64,000 nt of DNA from a virus (IMGVR_UViG_3300050016_000168:2432-66431); one strand, 5' to 3'. Positions 54,100 through 64,000 are shown, counted from the first letter of the stretch. Made by a program: numbers and translations. The notes: generated by a model from the sequence alone, not told the origin.

Positions 54100-55101
54100 T
54101 TGTCGGTTCCTTACTCTCCAACTCCGTTCTCGACTCCAGTCCCGGTCAACCCAACCTACGGTGGCGTCCTCGGCGACATCATCCCGTACATCTCGCCGAC
54201 CGCTTACCGGTCGGAGCCGACCTCGATGTCGACCAACGACCTCATTCCGTCCAGCCAGACCACGCAGTCCAATGCAGCTGCCCAGGAGCAGGCGCTCGTC
54301 GACACATTGCGCCGCGCGTCAGAGTGGACTGATCGCATCTGCTTCGGAGCTGTCGCATCCTCCAAGCGCACCGGACTGCGGGCTTCGATCAACGTCGAGG
54401 TCGATGTGGTTCCAGTCATCAACGGGTATCTCAAGCTCTACTGCGATATCAAGCCGATCGCCGAAGTCCGCGGTGTCGACGTCGGCGTCGTCATGGGTTC
54501 GCTGACCAGCATCGGAGCCTCGCTGGCATCGGGAATTCGGATCGGACGGCGCACCATTTACGTTCCCTTCTCCATTCCCTACTTCTCAGCCTCCTTCCGC
54601 AACTACGCCATGGTCGAGCCTCCAGATAAGTTGACCGTAGTTTGGGCGTATGTGGGCGGCTTCCCGCACACCTCTCTGGCCGCCAACATCGTGTCTGGAA
54701 CGAGCAGCGCGACTCTGACTCCAACCGACGGCTCAACCGGCCTGCTCGCTGTCTACCCGGGCACCTCGATGGAGATCGTTGACGGTGTCAACACCGAGTA
54801 CTTCGTGGTCCAATCGTTGAACAACAACGTGGTCATTTCGACTACTCCATTCGTCAACAACCACGCTGTTCCTGCGGGCCCCGACTTCATCGCTGTGACC
54901 TCGGTGCCTCCTGGTGTGCGGCTGGCCACCACCTTCCTGTGTACAGCGCTTCTGAAGACCCGTGGCGACTCAAGCATCGCGCTTGAAGAGATCACTTCGC
55001 CGAAGGTGATCCAGAAGGTCGCCGGCGATGTCTTCGTCGACATCATGATGGCCAAAGACATGCTCAAGCCCTACATGAGCCGTGTCAAGAAACCACGCTG
55101 A
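54100..55101 (+). CDS. Head-tail adaptor/connector
   Basis: LRRASEW.D..C, YVGGF, VPPGVRLA, MLKPY. Confidence 0.7.
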   Translation: MSVPYSPTPFSTPVPVNPTYGGVLGDIIPYISPTAYRSEPTSMSTNDLIPSSQTTQSNAAAQEQALVDTLRRASEWTDRICFGAVASSKRTGLRASINVEVDVVPVINGYLKLYCDIKPIAEVRGVDVGVVMGSLTSIGASLASGIRIGRRTIYVPFSIPYFSASFRNYAMVEPPDKLTVVWAYVGGFPHTSLAANIVSGTSSATLTPTDGSTGLLAVYPGTSMEIVDGVNTEYFVVQSLNNNVVISTTPFVNNHAVPAGPDFIAVTSVPPGVRLATTFLCTALLKTRGDSSIALEEITSPKVIQKVAGDVFVDIMMAKDMLKPYMSRVKKPR

Positions 55102-55607
55102 TGAGCCGCACTGCGGTTCGAGGTGCAATCCAGCAGTATCTGTCGTCCTCGAACGTCGAGTACGTCGGAACCGTATTCTCGCATCCTCCGAAGTGGACCA
55201 ACGAGACCGACTTCGTCGCCAACGGCTACCCTGGGCAAGGCTCGGGGGTCGTTATCTACATCCATCTTCGTCATCAGTCGGAGTTCCGCTTTGCTCTCGG
55301 CGGAGCGACCAGCGGTATGAAGATGCGAATGTACAAATGCACCTTGATCTGCCTGCTCAACTCCAAGAAGACGAACGCCGAGGATTGCGATGCCGACAAC
55401 GACACCTTCATCGACTCGCTGACAGCCGCCATTCAAGCCAACCGCAACGCCGGCAACCCCGCAGCGATCTTTCAGTGGGGGGAGGGGGATACTCTCTACG
55501 GTGTGGACGTCGTGGTCGATACGACATTTCCCCGTCCGATCAGGCAGCAGACTATGCGCCAGAGAAGCCTGGTCGAAGTTGCAGTTCTCGAGCAGATGAA
55601 CACTTAG
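55101..55607 (+). CDS. Head-tail / tail terminator-like protein
   Basis: Position and size. Confidence 0.6.
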   Translation: MSRTAVRGAIQQYLSSSNVEYVGTVFSHPPKWTNETDFVANGYPGQGSGVVIYIHLRHQSEFRFALGGATSGMKMRMYKCTLICLLNSKKTNAEDCDADNDTFIDSLTAAIQANRNAGNPAAIFQWGEGDTLYGVDVVVDTTFPRPIRQQTMRQRSLVEVAVLEQMNT

Positions 55608-55617
55608 GAGTAACGAG

Positions 55618-56049
55618 ATGAACGATAAGCTGCCCGACGAGACGAAGGCTGACCCGACGAAGCTCGGTCCAGGCGAATCCTGGGACGCTACCGCGGGAGC
55701 CACCAAAGAAGCGGAGAAGCAGGGGATCGACATGGCCCAGGTCCAGGGCTCAGGAGCAGGTGGCACTGTGACCAAAGACGATGTGACGGCTCACAAGGCC
55801 GCGGCAGCGAAGATGGTCAAGAAGACGATGATCAACACCGGCTTCCACACTCGGAGGTGGGATGCCATCCAACGCTTTGAAGACAGAATTGGCGAGGACG
55901 ACCAGACGATTCAGTTGGCCGGAACAACGCTCGAGCTGGAACCTGGAGAATCAGCGTTGGTCTCCGTTTCAGCGGATTTTGAAGATCCTTGGCTGAAAGA
56001 GGCTAAAGTGGTGGCGTCCAAGAAGGACGGCTCGAAGAAAGAGGTCTGA
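55618..56049 (+). CDS. Protein with N-terminal E3-binding (PSBD)-like domain
   Basis: ATAGATKEAEKQGIDMAQVQGSGAGGTVTKDDV. Confidence 0.75.
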   Translation: MNDKLPDETKADPTKLGPGESWDATAGATKEAEKQGIDMAQVQGSGAGGTVTKDDVTAHKAAAAKMVKKTMINTGFHTRRWDAIQRFEDRIGEDDQTIQLAGTTLELEPGESALVSVSADFEDPWLKEAKVVASKKDGSKKEV

Positions 56050-56051
56050 AC

Positions 56052-57317
56052 GTGATGAATCGATCAGTTGCTCCGCTCCACGGCTGGGACTCTCGGTTCC
56101 ATCTTGCCGTCATCGATGGCGAAGTCCGTCGAGTCCCCCGCATCGGCGGCGGCGTCAACACTGCTTACGCTACGCCTCAAACCACCATCGGTCTCATACC
56201 GGAGGTGACCCGCGGTGTGCCGCTCGCTCCCTCCTACTGGTTCAAGGTCAAGGCTCCGAAGTACAAGCCTGACCTGACCATGATCGAAGACGACACGCTG
56301 CAGGGCTCGATGGTCAAGGTTTACGAGACCATCCCCGGCCTTCGCTACGACTCTCACAGCTGGGACTCCTTCCTCTACATGGACGTGATGCCTCTGCTCG
56401 CCAAGTTCGAGTTGGGCTCCACCGACACGGTGACCACAGCCACCGCCTCAACCACCATGGGTGCTGTTGCCGCCGGCGTCACCGCAGTCACCTTTGCTAT
56501 CTCGATCGCAACCGGCGCCTTCATCGTCATCGATACCGGCGGGCTCCTCGAGGCGAACTACGTCAAGACCGGTGGCACCTCCGCCACGCTTCAGTTCCCG
56601 CTCAACTACGCTCACGGGGCTCTCACGGCCGTCACAGTGCTGACTGGGCACTCCTTCTCGCTGCTCAACAACGCCGGAACAGTCGGCAACCAGCCGCCTT
56701 CTGCCACCATCACCGACTTCGACGGTGAGGAATGGCGTCAGCTGGCGGCAGCTCAGCTCGACAAGCTGACCATCAAAGGCAATGCGACCGGATTGGCCGA
56801 CTACAGCAGCACCTGGTTTGCCAACCCATCAATTACACCCACGCCTCCAACAGCGGCGTTTACAGTGCTCGATGCAGCTCCCGGCTGGACGGCGATGGTT
56901 CAGATCGGCGGCGTCTCCAAGAACTATGTCATGGATTGGGAGGTTGATCTGTCGCGCAGCGTGAAGCCGATCCCGGCCTTGACTGGGACGCAGGAGTACT
57001 TCATGTACTTCGCCGACGCCATCACCTGCCCGGGCAAGCTCACCGTGATCGAGCAGTCCGGCGCACCGGAGTTGACTCAGTACCAGAGCGGAGCCGCATT
57101 TACGCTCGACATCTTCGTCTACGATCGGCTCTCGGGCGATGCCATGTACATCCATTCCAGCAAGTGCCGATTCAAGACAGGCGAAATCGACCGCTCGAAG
57201 ACGTGGGTCGAAGCGCCGCTCACTATGGATTTGCTGCCGACCTCAACCGACGCTGGAGCTGGTGGCGTATCTCCGCTCAAGATGATGTTCGGAAACACAC
57301 AGGTTACGGCATACTAG
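56052..57317 (+). CDS. Major tail tube protein
   Basis: GLIPEVTRG N-terminal motif, HSFSLLN...QPPS.T..D; precedes chaperones. Confidence 0.8.
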   Translation: MMNRSVAPLHGWDSRFHLAVIDGEVRRVPRIGGGVNTAYATPQTTIGLIPEVTRGVPLAPSYWFKVKAPKYKPDLTMIEDDTLQGSMVKVYETIPGLRYDSHSWDSFLYMDVMPLLAKFELGSTDTVTTATASTTMGAVAAGVTAVTFAISIATGAFIVIDTGGLLEANYVKTGGTSATLQFPLNYAHGALTAVTVLTGHSFSLLNNAGTVGNQPPSATITDFDGEEWRQLAAAQLDKLTIKGNATGLADYSSTWFANPSITPTPPTAAFTVLDAAPGWTAMVQIGGVSKNYVMDWEVDLSRSVKPIPALTGTQEYFMYFADAITCPGKLTVIEQSGAPELTQYQSGAAFTLDIFVYDRLSGDAMYIHSSKCRFKTGEIDRSKTWVEAPLTMDLLPTSTDAGAGGVSPLKMMFGNTQVTAY

Positions 57318-57349
57318 GCCATTCGCCGACAACCAAATAGGAGGACAAC

Positions 57350-57934
57350 ATGCGTTTGATTGAAGTTCCGGGCGGGCTCGCAAAGATCAAGGAGCAGAAG
57401 GATCTGCGAGGGCGCGACACTAAGCTGATCAAGGCCTATGCCCTAGCGGCCCAGAGCGTTCTGCTCAAGATTCCCGAGGAGGCGAGGCCGAAACCGGGAG
57501 AGTCGAAAGAGGATGCTGGGAAGCGGATGCAGGAGCATCTGGAGACGCACCCAGTTCAGATGTCCGGTGATGAAGGAATGCGGATGCTTGACATGAAGGA
57601 GGCGATCATGGTCGCCTACCTTGCCTCTTGGACACTCGAGATCCCGCTGCCGACGATGGAAACGATCGGAGATCTCCCTGACGAGATCTACCAGGCCCTC
57701 GATGATGCCGTCGGCGGCGATGCGATCAAGGTGGCGGTAGCCAGCGTCGACTTCGACGTCAACCCTGACCAAAGTTCCCCTACTGGGCCCTCGAAATCCT
57801 CAGACTCCACATCGAGGGCAGAGGTCTTCCAGGATCAGGAGTCGATCTCGCAATCGGAGAACGGTACAGGTCATTCAGCTGGAGAAAAATCTTTGGACTC
57901 CGTGAGGCTGACTACGACGACACCCACAGTCTGA
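57350..57934 (+). CDS. Tail assembly chaperone
   Basis: Position; SWTL motif; low-complexity tail after SPT. Confidence 0.75.
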   Translation: MRLIEVPGGLAKIKEQKDLRGRDTKLIKAYALAAQSVLLKIPEEARPKPGESKEDAGKRMQEHLETHPVQMSGDEGMRMLDMKEAIMVAYLASWTLEIPLPTMETIGDLPDEIYQALDDAVGGDAIKVAVASVDFDVNPDQSSPTGPSKSSDSTSRAEVFQDQESISQSENGTGHSAGEKSLDSVRLTTTTPTV

Positions 57935-58017
57935 CCGTCGATTGGGATCTCGGCTTCGCCAACATGGAAGCCAAGATCCAGAAAGAGGCGATCGAAAAGG
58001 GCCAGAATAGGTCCTGA
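57769..58017 (+). CDS. Tail assembly chaperone -1 frameshift extension
   Basis: -1 frame open from 57769 to TGA 58015-58017 (YWALEILRLHIEG...); candidate slip TTCCCCTAC 57775-57783. Confidence 0.7.
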   Translation, partial: PKFPYWALEILRLHIEGRGLPGSGVDLAIGERYRSFSWRKIFGLREADYDDTHSLTVDWDLGFANMEAKIQKEAIEKGQNRS

Positions 58018-58018
58018 T

Positions 58019-58492
58019 ATGCCGATCGACGTTAGAGCCGCCCAGGACGCTCTTGACCGCCTGATTGCGGCTCTTCCGGCGTCAGCGGCTCACGTCTCGA
58101 GCGAGATGGCGTCGGAGGGCCAACGGGCGGCTCGCGCCAACCTGAAGGATCCAGTCGGTCCTCTGGCCGAGTCGATTCTGATGGAAGGGCCAGATCACGT
58201 CGGGACATTCGCTTATCGCACCAGGCTGGGACCGACGCTCGATTACGGCCGTCAGCGAGAGCTTGGCGGCCCGATCGATCCCGTGAACGAATCGATCCTC
58301 ACGGCTTCACGCCGCGCGCCCGGATACTGGATGTGGGACTACATGGACGGCCGCGGTGAGCGTGAAGTCTTCGCCGGCCATGTCGACCAGCTCGGTCAGC
58401 ACTATCTGAAGCGTGGAGTAGAAGACTCGATCCCCGCATTCATGCGCATTGCCCGTAAGGTCTGGGGCGACCTGATGAGGATCGCTGAGTAA
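58019..58492 (+). CDS. HK97 gp10-like tail completion protein
   Basis: LAESI...GPTLDYGRQRELGG...YLKRG. Confidence 0.65.
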   Translation: MPIDVRAAQDALDRLIAALPASAAHVSSEMASEGQRAARANLKDPVGPLAESILMEGPDHVGTFAYRTRLGPTLDYGRQRELGGPIDPVNESILTASRRAPGYWMWDYMDGRGEREVFAGHVDQLGQHYLKRGVEDSIPAFMRIARKVWGDLMRIAE

Positions 58493-61209
58493 TGGCTGAG
58501 GCCGGCGGGACATACCTCCCACCAGTTATTGCATCTCTGGTCGGAGAGGTCGGCGACCTTGCCAAGACGTTGGTCGAGGGCAAGGCCATGCTGGACGAAT
58601 TCTCGAAGACGCCGGCCACAGTCAACATCAAGGCCGAGCTGACATCGCTGGCAATTCTCCAGGCGGATCTGTTCAAGGACATCGGTGGAGTTCAAGCGCT
58701 GGCCGAGTCACATCCGATCGACATTCCGATGCAGCTCGATATGTTCACTCTTCTCAGCGACATGTCAGCCTTCCGCCTCTTCGCCGATCAGCCGATAAAG
58801 GTACCCATCGTTCCTGACGTAGATATGGCTGCACTGGCCACTGACCGAGCGGTGATCGGAACCGCCATCGGAAGTGCAATTGCTCCCAGCATCTGGAAAT
58901 CAATCCTGGCCGGACTCGCCGCAAGTGCGGCTGCTGGAGGCGGTGGAGGACTCGCGAATGCGCTCGGGTTCGGTACCGCCGGGTTCGGTGCAGGAGCTTT
59001 CGGACTGGCTGGATTCGGAACGATTGCCTCTCTGGCCGGGTTCGGTCTCGAGCGCGTCCTCACGCTCGCAATCGGCTTGATTGGATCTCTCGCCCAGGCC
59101 TTCATGGGTTTGGGCGTGATCGCTGCAGGCACTTTTGCCACCATGGCAGTCGGCATGGGCTCAGACATGCTGGTGATGTCATCGACCATCGCCGATACAC
59201 GGACGCTCTCCGGGCTGTGGACGACCCTACAGAATGACGTCCTGCTTTATGGAGCAAACAGCACTCAGGCACAATCCGCCACCGCGGCGCTCAACAATGA
59301 ACTGCTGATCCTTGGCAATACTGCGGGCGTCAAAGCCGAGCTGGGACTTGCCAAGCTCGCCTACACCATCAACCAGCAATGGGATAAAGCGACCTCGAAC
59401 GCTCGCGTCCAGGCGGTTGGACTGCTGACCTCGATTCTGCTTCTCGGTGAGAAGTACATCCCGCTGGTGGCGGCAGCTGCAGAGCGCAACCTCTCCATCA
59501 TCAACAAAGGCCTGGTACCTCTGTTCCAGTGGCTCGGAGGCCCGCAGGGGATAGGAATCTTCAAAGACCTCGAAAACAAGTTCGCCAGGGATCTCCCAAC
59601 GGCGGTACACGCCTTCGTCGGAGCGATCGAATTCTTACTCCGCTTTCTCGATCTCGCCTCCAACTACACAGGCGGCCTTGTTCGATGGCTGGACAAGCTC
59701 TTTATCTACCTCAATTCGCCGTCAGGCTGGGCCCGGGTCGCAAGTGACGTCGGAAAGGTCGTCGCGGTCTTCCAAGTGTGGAAGGACTTCATCATCATCC
59801 TGCTCAAGGACATCGCGCTCATCTTCGGCCAGGCGGTGGGAGTCGGTACGACCATGATTAGCATGCTGACGGGGATCCTGAATCGGCTTCATACCTATCT
59901 CTCATCTACGTCTGGGAAGAATGCTCTCAACAACCTCTTCACGGTTCACAAGAACGAGATTATCGCCCTCCTCAACCTGCTGCCTCAGCTCGCACCGGCG
60001 TTTTCGGTCTACTTGGCGTTGGCAGTTCCACTGACCACAATCGCTACCGACGTGATCAAGCTGCTCAACTTCATGCTCAGCATCCCAGTGGTCGGGCCGG
60101 CGATAGCGTGGGGTCTCGCTCTCATCATCATCGTGAACCAGATGAGGTTGATGGCAATCTATGGCGCGCTGGCTGGAATGATCAGAGCCATTGGAGGTGC
60201 AATCGCTTTTGCCGGCGCTGCGGCAGAAACCTATGCGGTTGCCGGATTTGGGGCTCTAGCAAAATCCATGTTTGGAGTCGACGCTGCCATGCTGGCGGGG
60301 ATGCTTCCGTTCTTGGCGATCGGCGCTTTGATCATTGCGACTGGCATCCTCATCTACCTGCTGATCAGCCACTGGAAGCAGCTCAGCAGCACGGTAGGCG
60401 GAATCTTCAGTCTGCTCGGAACCATGTTCCACAACGCTGTCGGCCAGTGGGGAGGAGCTTTCAGCGAACTGGGAATGGTCGTCCAAGCGATCGGCCACAA
60501 GTTCACTACAGCTTTTACCACTTGGGGACAAGTCTTCTCCCTGCTGGGCACAACTATCAGGTTGATCCTTGGAAAAATTTCGAGTGATTTCACGACCGCC
60601 TTCAAACAGTGGGGTGCCGCCTTCAACATGATCGGCACAGCCGTTCACCTTTTAGGCGTAAAGGTTTCGACCGAACTCAGTACCATGCTCACTTCGGCCA
60701 AAACTACGTTGGGGCAGTGGTATTCGATTGGCTCGAGCATCGTGACTGGAATCATCAACGGATTCGTCAGCAAGGAGCAGTGGGCAATAAATGCAATCAC
60801 CAACTTCTTCGCAGGCCTCCTCGCTGCCGCCGAAAAAGCCCTTCACGCGTCGAAGTCTTCGAGAGTTTATTCCGAGCTTGCAGCCTCCATTCCGCAGGGT
60901 GTTGCGGACGGCATCACCAAGAACACCGCGACGACTCTGATGGCACTCTCCTCGATGTTCAACCAGATGCAGAATCACAGCCGCATGCTGGCTGGGGGCG
61001 CCTATGGGTCGTCATCGCTCGCTTTCGCTGGCGCTGGTGGCGGCAGAGGACCGTTGAGCATCAACATGCCGATCACCGTCCAGGTCTCAGGGACCTCAGC
61101 CGCCACCGCACAGGGCATCGGCAATGCCGTACAGCAGGGGGTTCGAAAAGAGTTGGACGTTCTCGTCCAGGCGCTGCAGGGCGGCATCTACTCCAACCCA
61201 GGCTCATGA
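58492..61209 (+). CDS. Tape measure protein
   Basis: 905 aa helical and hydrophobic, periodic W/F repeats, SKSSRVY motif. Confidence 0.88.
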   Translation: MAEAGGTYLPPVIASLVGEVGDLAKTLVEGKAMLDEFSKTPATVNIKAELTSLAILQADLFKDIGGVQALAESHPIDIPMQLDMFTLLSDMSAFRLFADQPIKVPIVPDVDMAALATDRAVIGTAIGSAIAPSIWKSILAGLAASAAAGGGGGLANALGFGTAGFGAGAFGLAGFGTIASLAGFGLERVLTLAIGLIGSLAQAFMGLGVIAAGTFATMAVGMGSDMLVMSSTIADTRTLSGLWTTLQNDVLLYGANSTQAQSATAALNNELLILGNTAGVKAELGLAKLAYTINQQWDKATSNARVQAVGLLTSILLLGEKYIPLVAAAAERNLSIINKGLVPLFQWLGGPQGIGIFKDLENKFARDLPTAVHAFVGAIEFLLRFLDLASNYTGGLVRWLDKLFIYLNSPSGWARVASDVGKVVAVFQVWKDFIIILLKDIALIFGQAVGVGTTMISMLTGILNRLHTYLSSTSGKNALNNLFTVHKNEIIALLNLLPQLAPAFSVYLALAVPLTTIATDVIKLLNFMLSIPVVGPAIAWGLALIIIVNQMRLMAIYGALAGMIRAIGGAIAFAGAAAETYAVAGFGALAKSMFGVDAAMLAGMLPFLAIGALIIATGILIYLLISHWKQLSSTVGGIFSLLGTMFHNAVGQWGGAFSELGMVVQAIGHKFTTAFTTWGQVFSLLGTTIRLILGKISSDFTTAFKQWGAAFNMIGTAVHLLGVKVSTELSTMLTSAKTTLGQWYSIGSSIVTGIINGFVSKEQWAINAITNFFAGLLAAAEKALHASKSSRVYSELAASIPQGVADGITKNTATTLMALSSMFNQMQNHSRMLAGGAYGSSSLAFAGAGGGRGPLSINMPITVQVSGTSAATAQGIGNAVQQGVRKELDVLVQALQGGIYSNPGS

Positions 61210-61583
61210 GCGAGAAAGTAAGCCACACCCCGACCTATCGGCTGACATGCCCGTACTGCAATGGCGCTCTTTATCCGAACGCCTTCACGCCAGAGTCAGC
61301 TCCCTGGTTGTGCTCGATCTGCAAACACTCCTGGTGGGCGGCTGAGCTGTCGGAGAAGGCACGGAAGCAGTTCCGTCCCAATCTCTGTGACTTCGGCTAT
61401 GGCCAGCTGCTCGAAGACCTGCAGAACGAGGTGCTGGCGGAAAGAGACGAGGCTCGAATCCGAGGTACATCGGTGAGATTGGATCAGCTGCAACTGCTGC
61501 CTGCGATTGGTTTGAAGCAGCTGCCCCAGGTCGGGAAATTTGGAGACTATGTAAAGCTAGAGATCAAGCGCAAGGGCGTCTGA
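61206..61583 (+). CDS. Zn-ribbon hypothetical protein
   Basis: ATGA coupling; CPYC...WLCSIC. Confidence 0.65.
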   Translation: MSEKVSHTPTYRLTCPYCNGALYPNAFTPESAPWLCSICKHSWWAAELSEKARKQFRPNLCDFGYGQLLEDLQNEVLAERDEARIRGTSVRLDQLQLLPAIGLKQLPQVGKFGDYVKLEIKRKGV

Positions 61584-61584
61584 C

Positions 61585-64000
61585 GTGGCCACCCTTGGCT
61601 CTTCGCCGAGCTTTAACAGTTGGTACTTCGCGGACTCCGGGACAAACTGCGCGACTGCACCTAACCAGGTCTACACCAACAACTACACGATGCCCAAAGC
61701 AGGATGGGTTACCGCTGTCGTCATCTACGTTGACGGAGACCTGGCCGGGGCCACTCTTCATGCCTGTGTTTGGAATTCCGGTGGCACGCTTCTTCAGTCA
61801 GCGTCAGTCACGGTTCCACGAGGATCCAGATCGAGTAGTGGTCAGTCCTGGCACACAGTTCCGTTGGCCGGTCTGTACCTCGCCTCTGGTGCTGTTATCA
61901 AAATCGGATGGACCAAGCCGACCGGATCGAGCATGGTCTGGGCGGTCAACGGGAGCAGCGGCGGTAACTGGGGGTATGGCTCCGACCCAGGCAGCCTAGC
62001 CAGTTGTGGCGCCATTGGTGCTCCTGGCGCGTACATCGTCTACACGGCGATCACTGCCTCCTCAGCCACAAGCCTGGCCGCCAGCAGCGTCGGATCGACT
62101 GTCGCCACTCTCAATGGGACTGTCGGCGACGGCGGCCAAGGAGCAGCCGGCGGAGGCAACTCGTCTTACTACTTCCAGTACGGAACCAGCTCGACTTTGA
62201 TTGGGGCTGCCAGTACTTCGTCGACGGCATTCAGCGGTACCGGTCAAGCAGCCTCAACAGCCGTCACCGGACTGGTTGTCAACACCACCTACTACTTTCG
62301 CGTCGTATCGGTCAACCGAGTCGGCACCACCTACGGCAGCATCCTCTCCTTCTCGACCCTTGGGCTGCCCAATCCTCCGACCCTCAATACTCCAACCAAC
62401 GGAACGGCTCAGAATGCCCAGACCAGCGGGGTGGCATTCGCTTGGACCTACAACACCGGTGGAGCTGGCGGAGGTGAGACTGCTTACGCGCTCAAGCTGA
62501 CCACCGGCGGTGTCGATTACTGGTGGAACGGGACGGCGCTGCAGCTGACTGAGATCTATATCACGACGGCTGCTACCAGCGTGACCGTACCGGCTGCGAT
62601 TTTGGCTCCCAATGTGACTTATCTTTGGACGGTGTCGAGTCAAGACGCTAACGGAAAGGGAGCCTATGCCGCCGCATTGACCCTGATCTCAGAGGGTCCG
62701 CCAGCGTCACCCACCCTGGCTTCTCCGACCAGCGGCATCTACATGGATATGGCTGGGGCCACACCGACCTTTGTCTGGGTTTACAACCCCGGCAATGCGG
62801 TCGGTGGCCAGAGCAACTTCGCTATCCGACGCAAGATCTCGGGAGCCGGTTCTTACTCCTACTTCAACGTCGGCACAAATTCATGGCAAGGTACCATCGT
62901 TTGGAACTCTGGATCAGCCGTGAGCTACACCTTCAGCGCAGGGCTTTGGATTGATGGCAATACCTACAACTGGTCGGTGGCGACTCAGGATGCTGGTGGC
63001 CAAGGGTCGTTTGCGTCCGACTTCACTGTTACCGCACAGGCCGTTCCGGTGGTAACCGTCTCCGCTCCTTCGGGGACAGTAACCCAAACATTTCCGGCCG
63101 TTGTTTGGTCGACTTCATTCCCAAGCGGAGCTGGTGAGACCGCCTATCAGGTAAGAACCTTCTCAGCCGCTCAGTACGGAGCTGGAGTATTCAATCCTGC
63201 CACGTCGGCTGCTACCGACGACTCTGGCATCGTCTCGAGTGGCGGAGCGACCAGTTATCAGGTTGCAACATCGCTGCCGCCCGGATCCAGTTACCGCTCC
63301 TATGTACAGCTCACGGAGACCGGCAGCGAGCCTTCCGGATTTCTCGCCTTCGCATCTTATACCGTTACTCTGGATCTCCCACCAACACCATCGCTAACTG
63401 CTGTGGCAACCACGGATCCGGTGACTGGCTGCCCAATGATCCAGCTCACTGCGCAATCTCTGATCAACCTACTCACTGCCGTCGATGCCAGTTTCGAGTC
63501 AGGCATCGGTACTTGGATCAACGGGGGCAACTGCACCGTCGCCCAGTCGGCAGCACAGGCATTGGACGGATCATTCTCGTTGTCGATGACGTCAATTGCA
63601 TCTGGAAATGTGCTAGCAAATTCCGGGTACTACGCCGTTCTACCATCAACACAATATTCAGCCGTCGCCTTCTTCAGATCAGCTGTAAGTGCCCGAACTT
63701 GCTCCATTGGCATCTATTGGTACGACTCCACTCATACCCTGATATCAGGCGGAGCTGGAACAGGTGTTGCCGATACAACGTCCAGCTGGACGCAAGTGTC
63801 GCAGACTTTGACTTCACCATCGAATGCAGCTTACGCATTGCTCCAGAGCGTGGTTACTGCCGCTGGCGGCGCGAGTGAAGTCCATTACACGGACGAGGTT
63901 GGACTCTTCCCTGGATCCGGGACGATCTGGTCCGCTGGCGGCTTCTCAGCCTCCGCAGGTATCGTCATTCTTCGCTCCGACGGGGTCTATGTCAGAGGAG
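61585..64000 (+). CDS. Large minor tail protein with Fn3/Ig-like and CBM-like domains (runs off window; not in ORF track)
   Basis: GTG 61585; YFQYG...TTYYFRVVS, PNPPTL, YSWTV, NLLTAVDASFESG; no stop seen where read. Confidence 0.8.
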   Translation, partial: MATLGSSPSFNSWYFADSGTNCATAPNQVYTNNYTMPKAGWVTAVVIYVDGDLAGATLHACVWNSGGTLLQSASVTVPRGSRSSSGQSWHTVPLAGLYLASGAVIKIGWTKPTGSSMVWAVNGSSGGNWGYGSDPGSLASCGAIGAPGAYIVYTAITASSATSLAASSVGSTVATLNGTVGDGGQGAAGGGNSSYYFQYGTSSTLIGAASTSSTAFSGTGQAASTAVTGLVVNTTYYFRVVSVNRVGTTYGSILSFSTLGLPNPPTLNTPTNGTAQNAQTSGVAFAWTYNTGGAGGGETAYALKLTTGGVDYWWNGTALQLTEIYITTAATSVTVPAAILAPNVTYLWTVSSQDANGKGAYAAALTLISEGPPASPTLASPTSGIYMDMAGATPTFVWVYNPGNAVGGQSNFAIRRKISGAGSYSYFNVGTNSWQGTIVWNSGSAVSYTFSAGLWIDGNTYNWSVATQDAGGQGSFASDFTVTAQAVPVVTVSAPSGTVTQTFPAVVWSTSFPSGAGETAYQVRTFSAAQYGAGVFNPATSAATDDSGIVSSGGATSYQVATSLPPGSSYRSYVQLTETGSEPSGFLAFASYTVTLDLPPTPSLTAVATTDPVTGCPMIQLTAQSLINLLTAVDASFESGIGTWINGGNCTVAQSAAQALDGSFSLSMTSIASGNVLANSGYYAVLPSTQYSAVAFFRSAVSARTCSIGIYWYDSTHTLISGGAGTGVADTTSSWTQVSQTLTSPSNAAYALLQSVVTAAGGASEVHYTDEVGLFPGSGTIWSAGGFSASAGIVILRSDGVYVRG

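Noticed and set aside
60609-61205. 324-aa ORF overlapping the tape measure gene
   Set aside because: Only the part from ATG 61206 is credible; the rest is an alternative frame of the tape measure gene
1-64000. tRNA, rRNA, reverse transcriptase (DGR or retron), IS elements
   Set aside because: No cloverleaf, RT motif, template/variable repeat pair or transposase seen by eye; tRNAscan and Infernal were not run

Overview
High-GC tailed (siphovirus-like) phage DNA, probably most of a circularly permuted genome. A host in or near the Actinomycetota is inferred from the gene families and many leaderless -10/start arrangements. Layout: 1-8.0 kb rightward distal tail genes, a Cys peptidase and holin-like genes; 8.1-32.5 kb mostly leftward replication, recombination and accessory genes (UDG-PolA fusion, MazG-like, SSB, Sak4-like ATPase, PD-(D/E)XK nuclease, RuvC-like, truncated ThyX, SNF2, UvrD, primase-helicase on +, orphan glycoside-hydrolase lysin, tyrosine recombinase, HerA-like ATPase, NADAR); 32.8-34.6 kb HNH and small-terminase candidate; 34.7-39.2 kb leftward early small genes; 39.2-39.8 kb divergent control region; 39.8-64 kb packaging, head and tail genes. 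The most notable observations are: Arg-rich N-terminal leaders ending in P-x4-G on three tail proteins, with a phage Cys peptidase as candidate processing enzyme; two paralogous proteins carrying an E3-binding (PSBD)-like domain; a portal with a mini-intein and a Nudix domain; an Endo VII gene inserted with a duplicated, recoded start of the protease gene; a structured ~230-nt early leader RNA; a CTACACC operator family; and a ThyX missing its C-terminal part. All family assignments come from motif recognition by eye; no database search or folding program was run.
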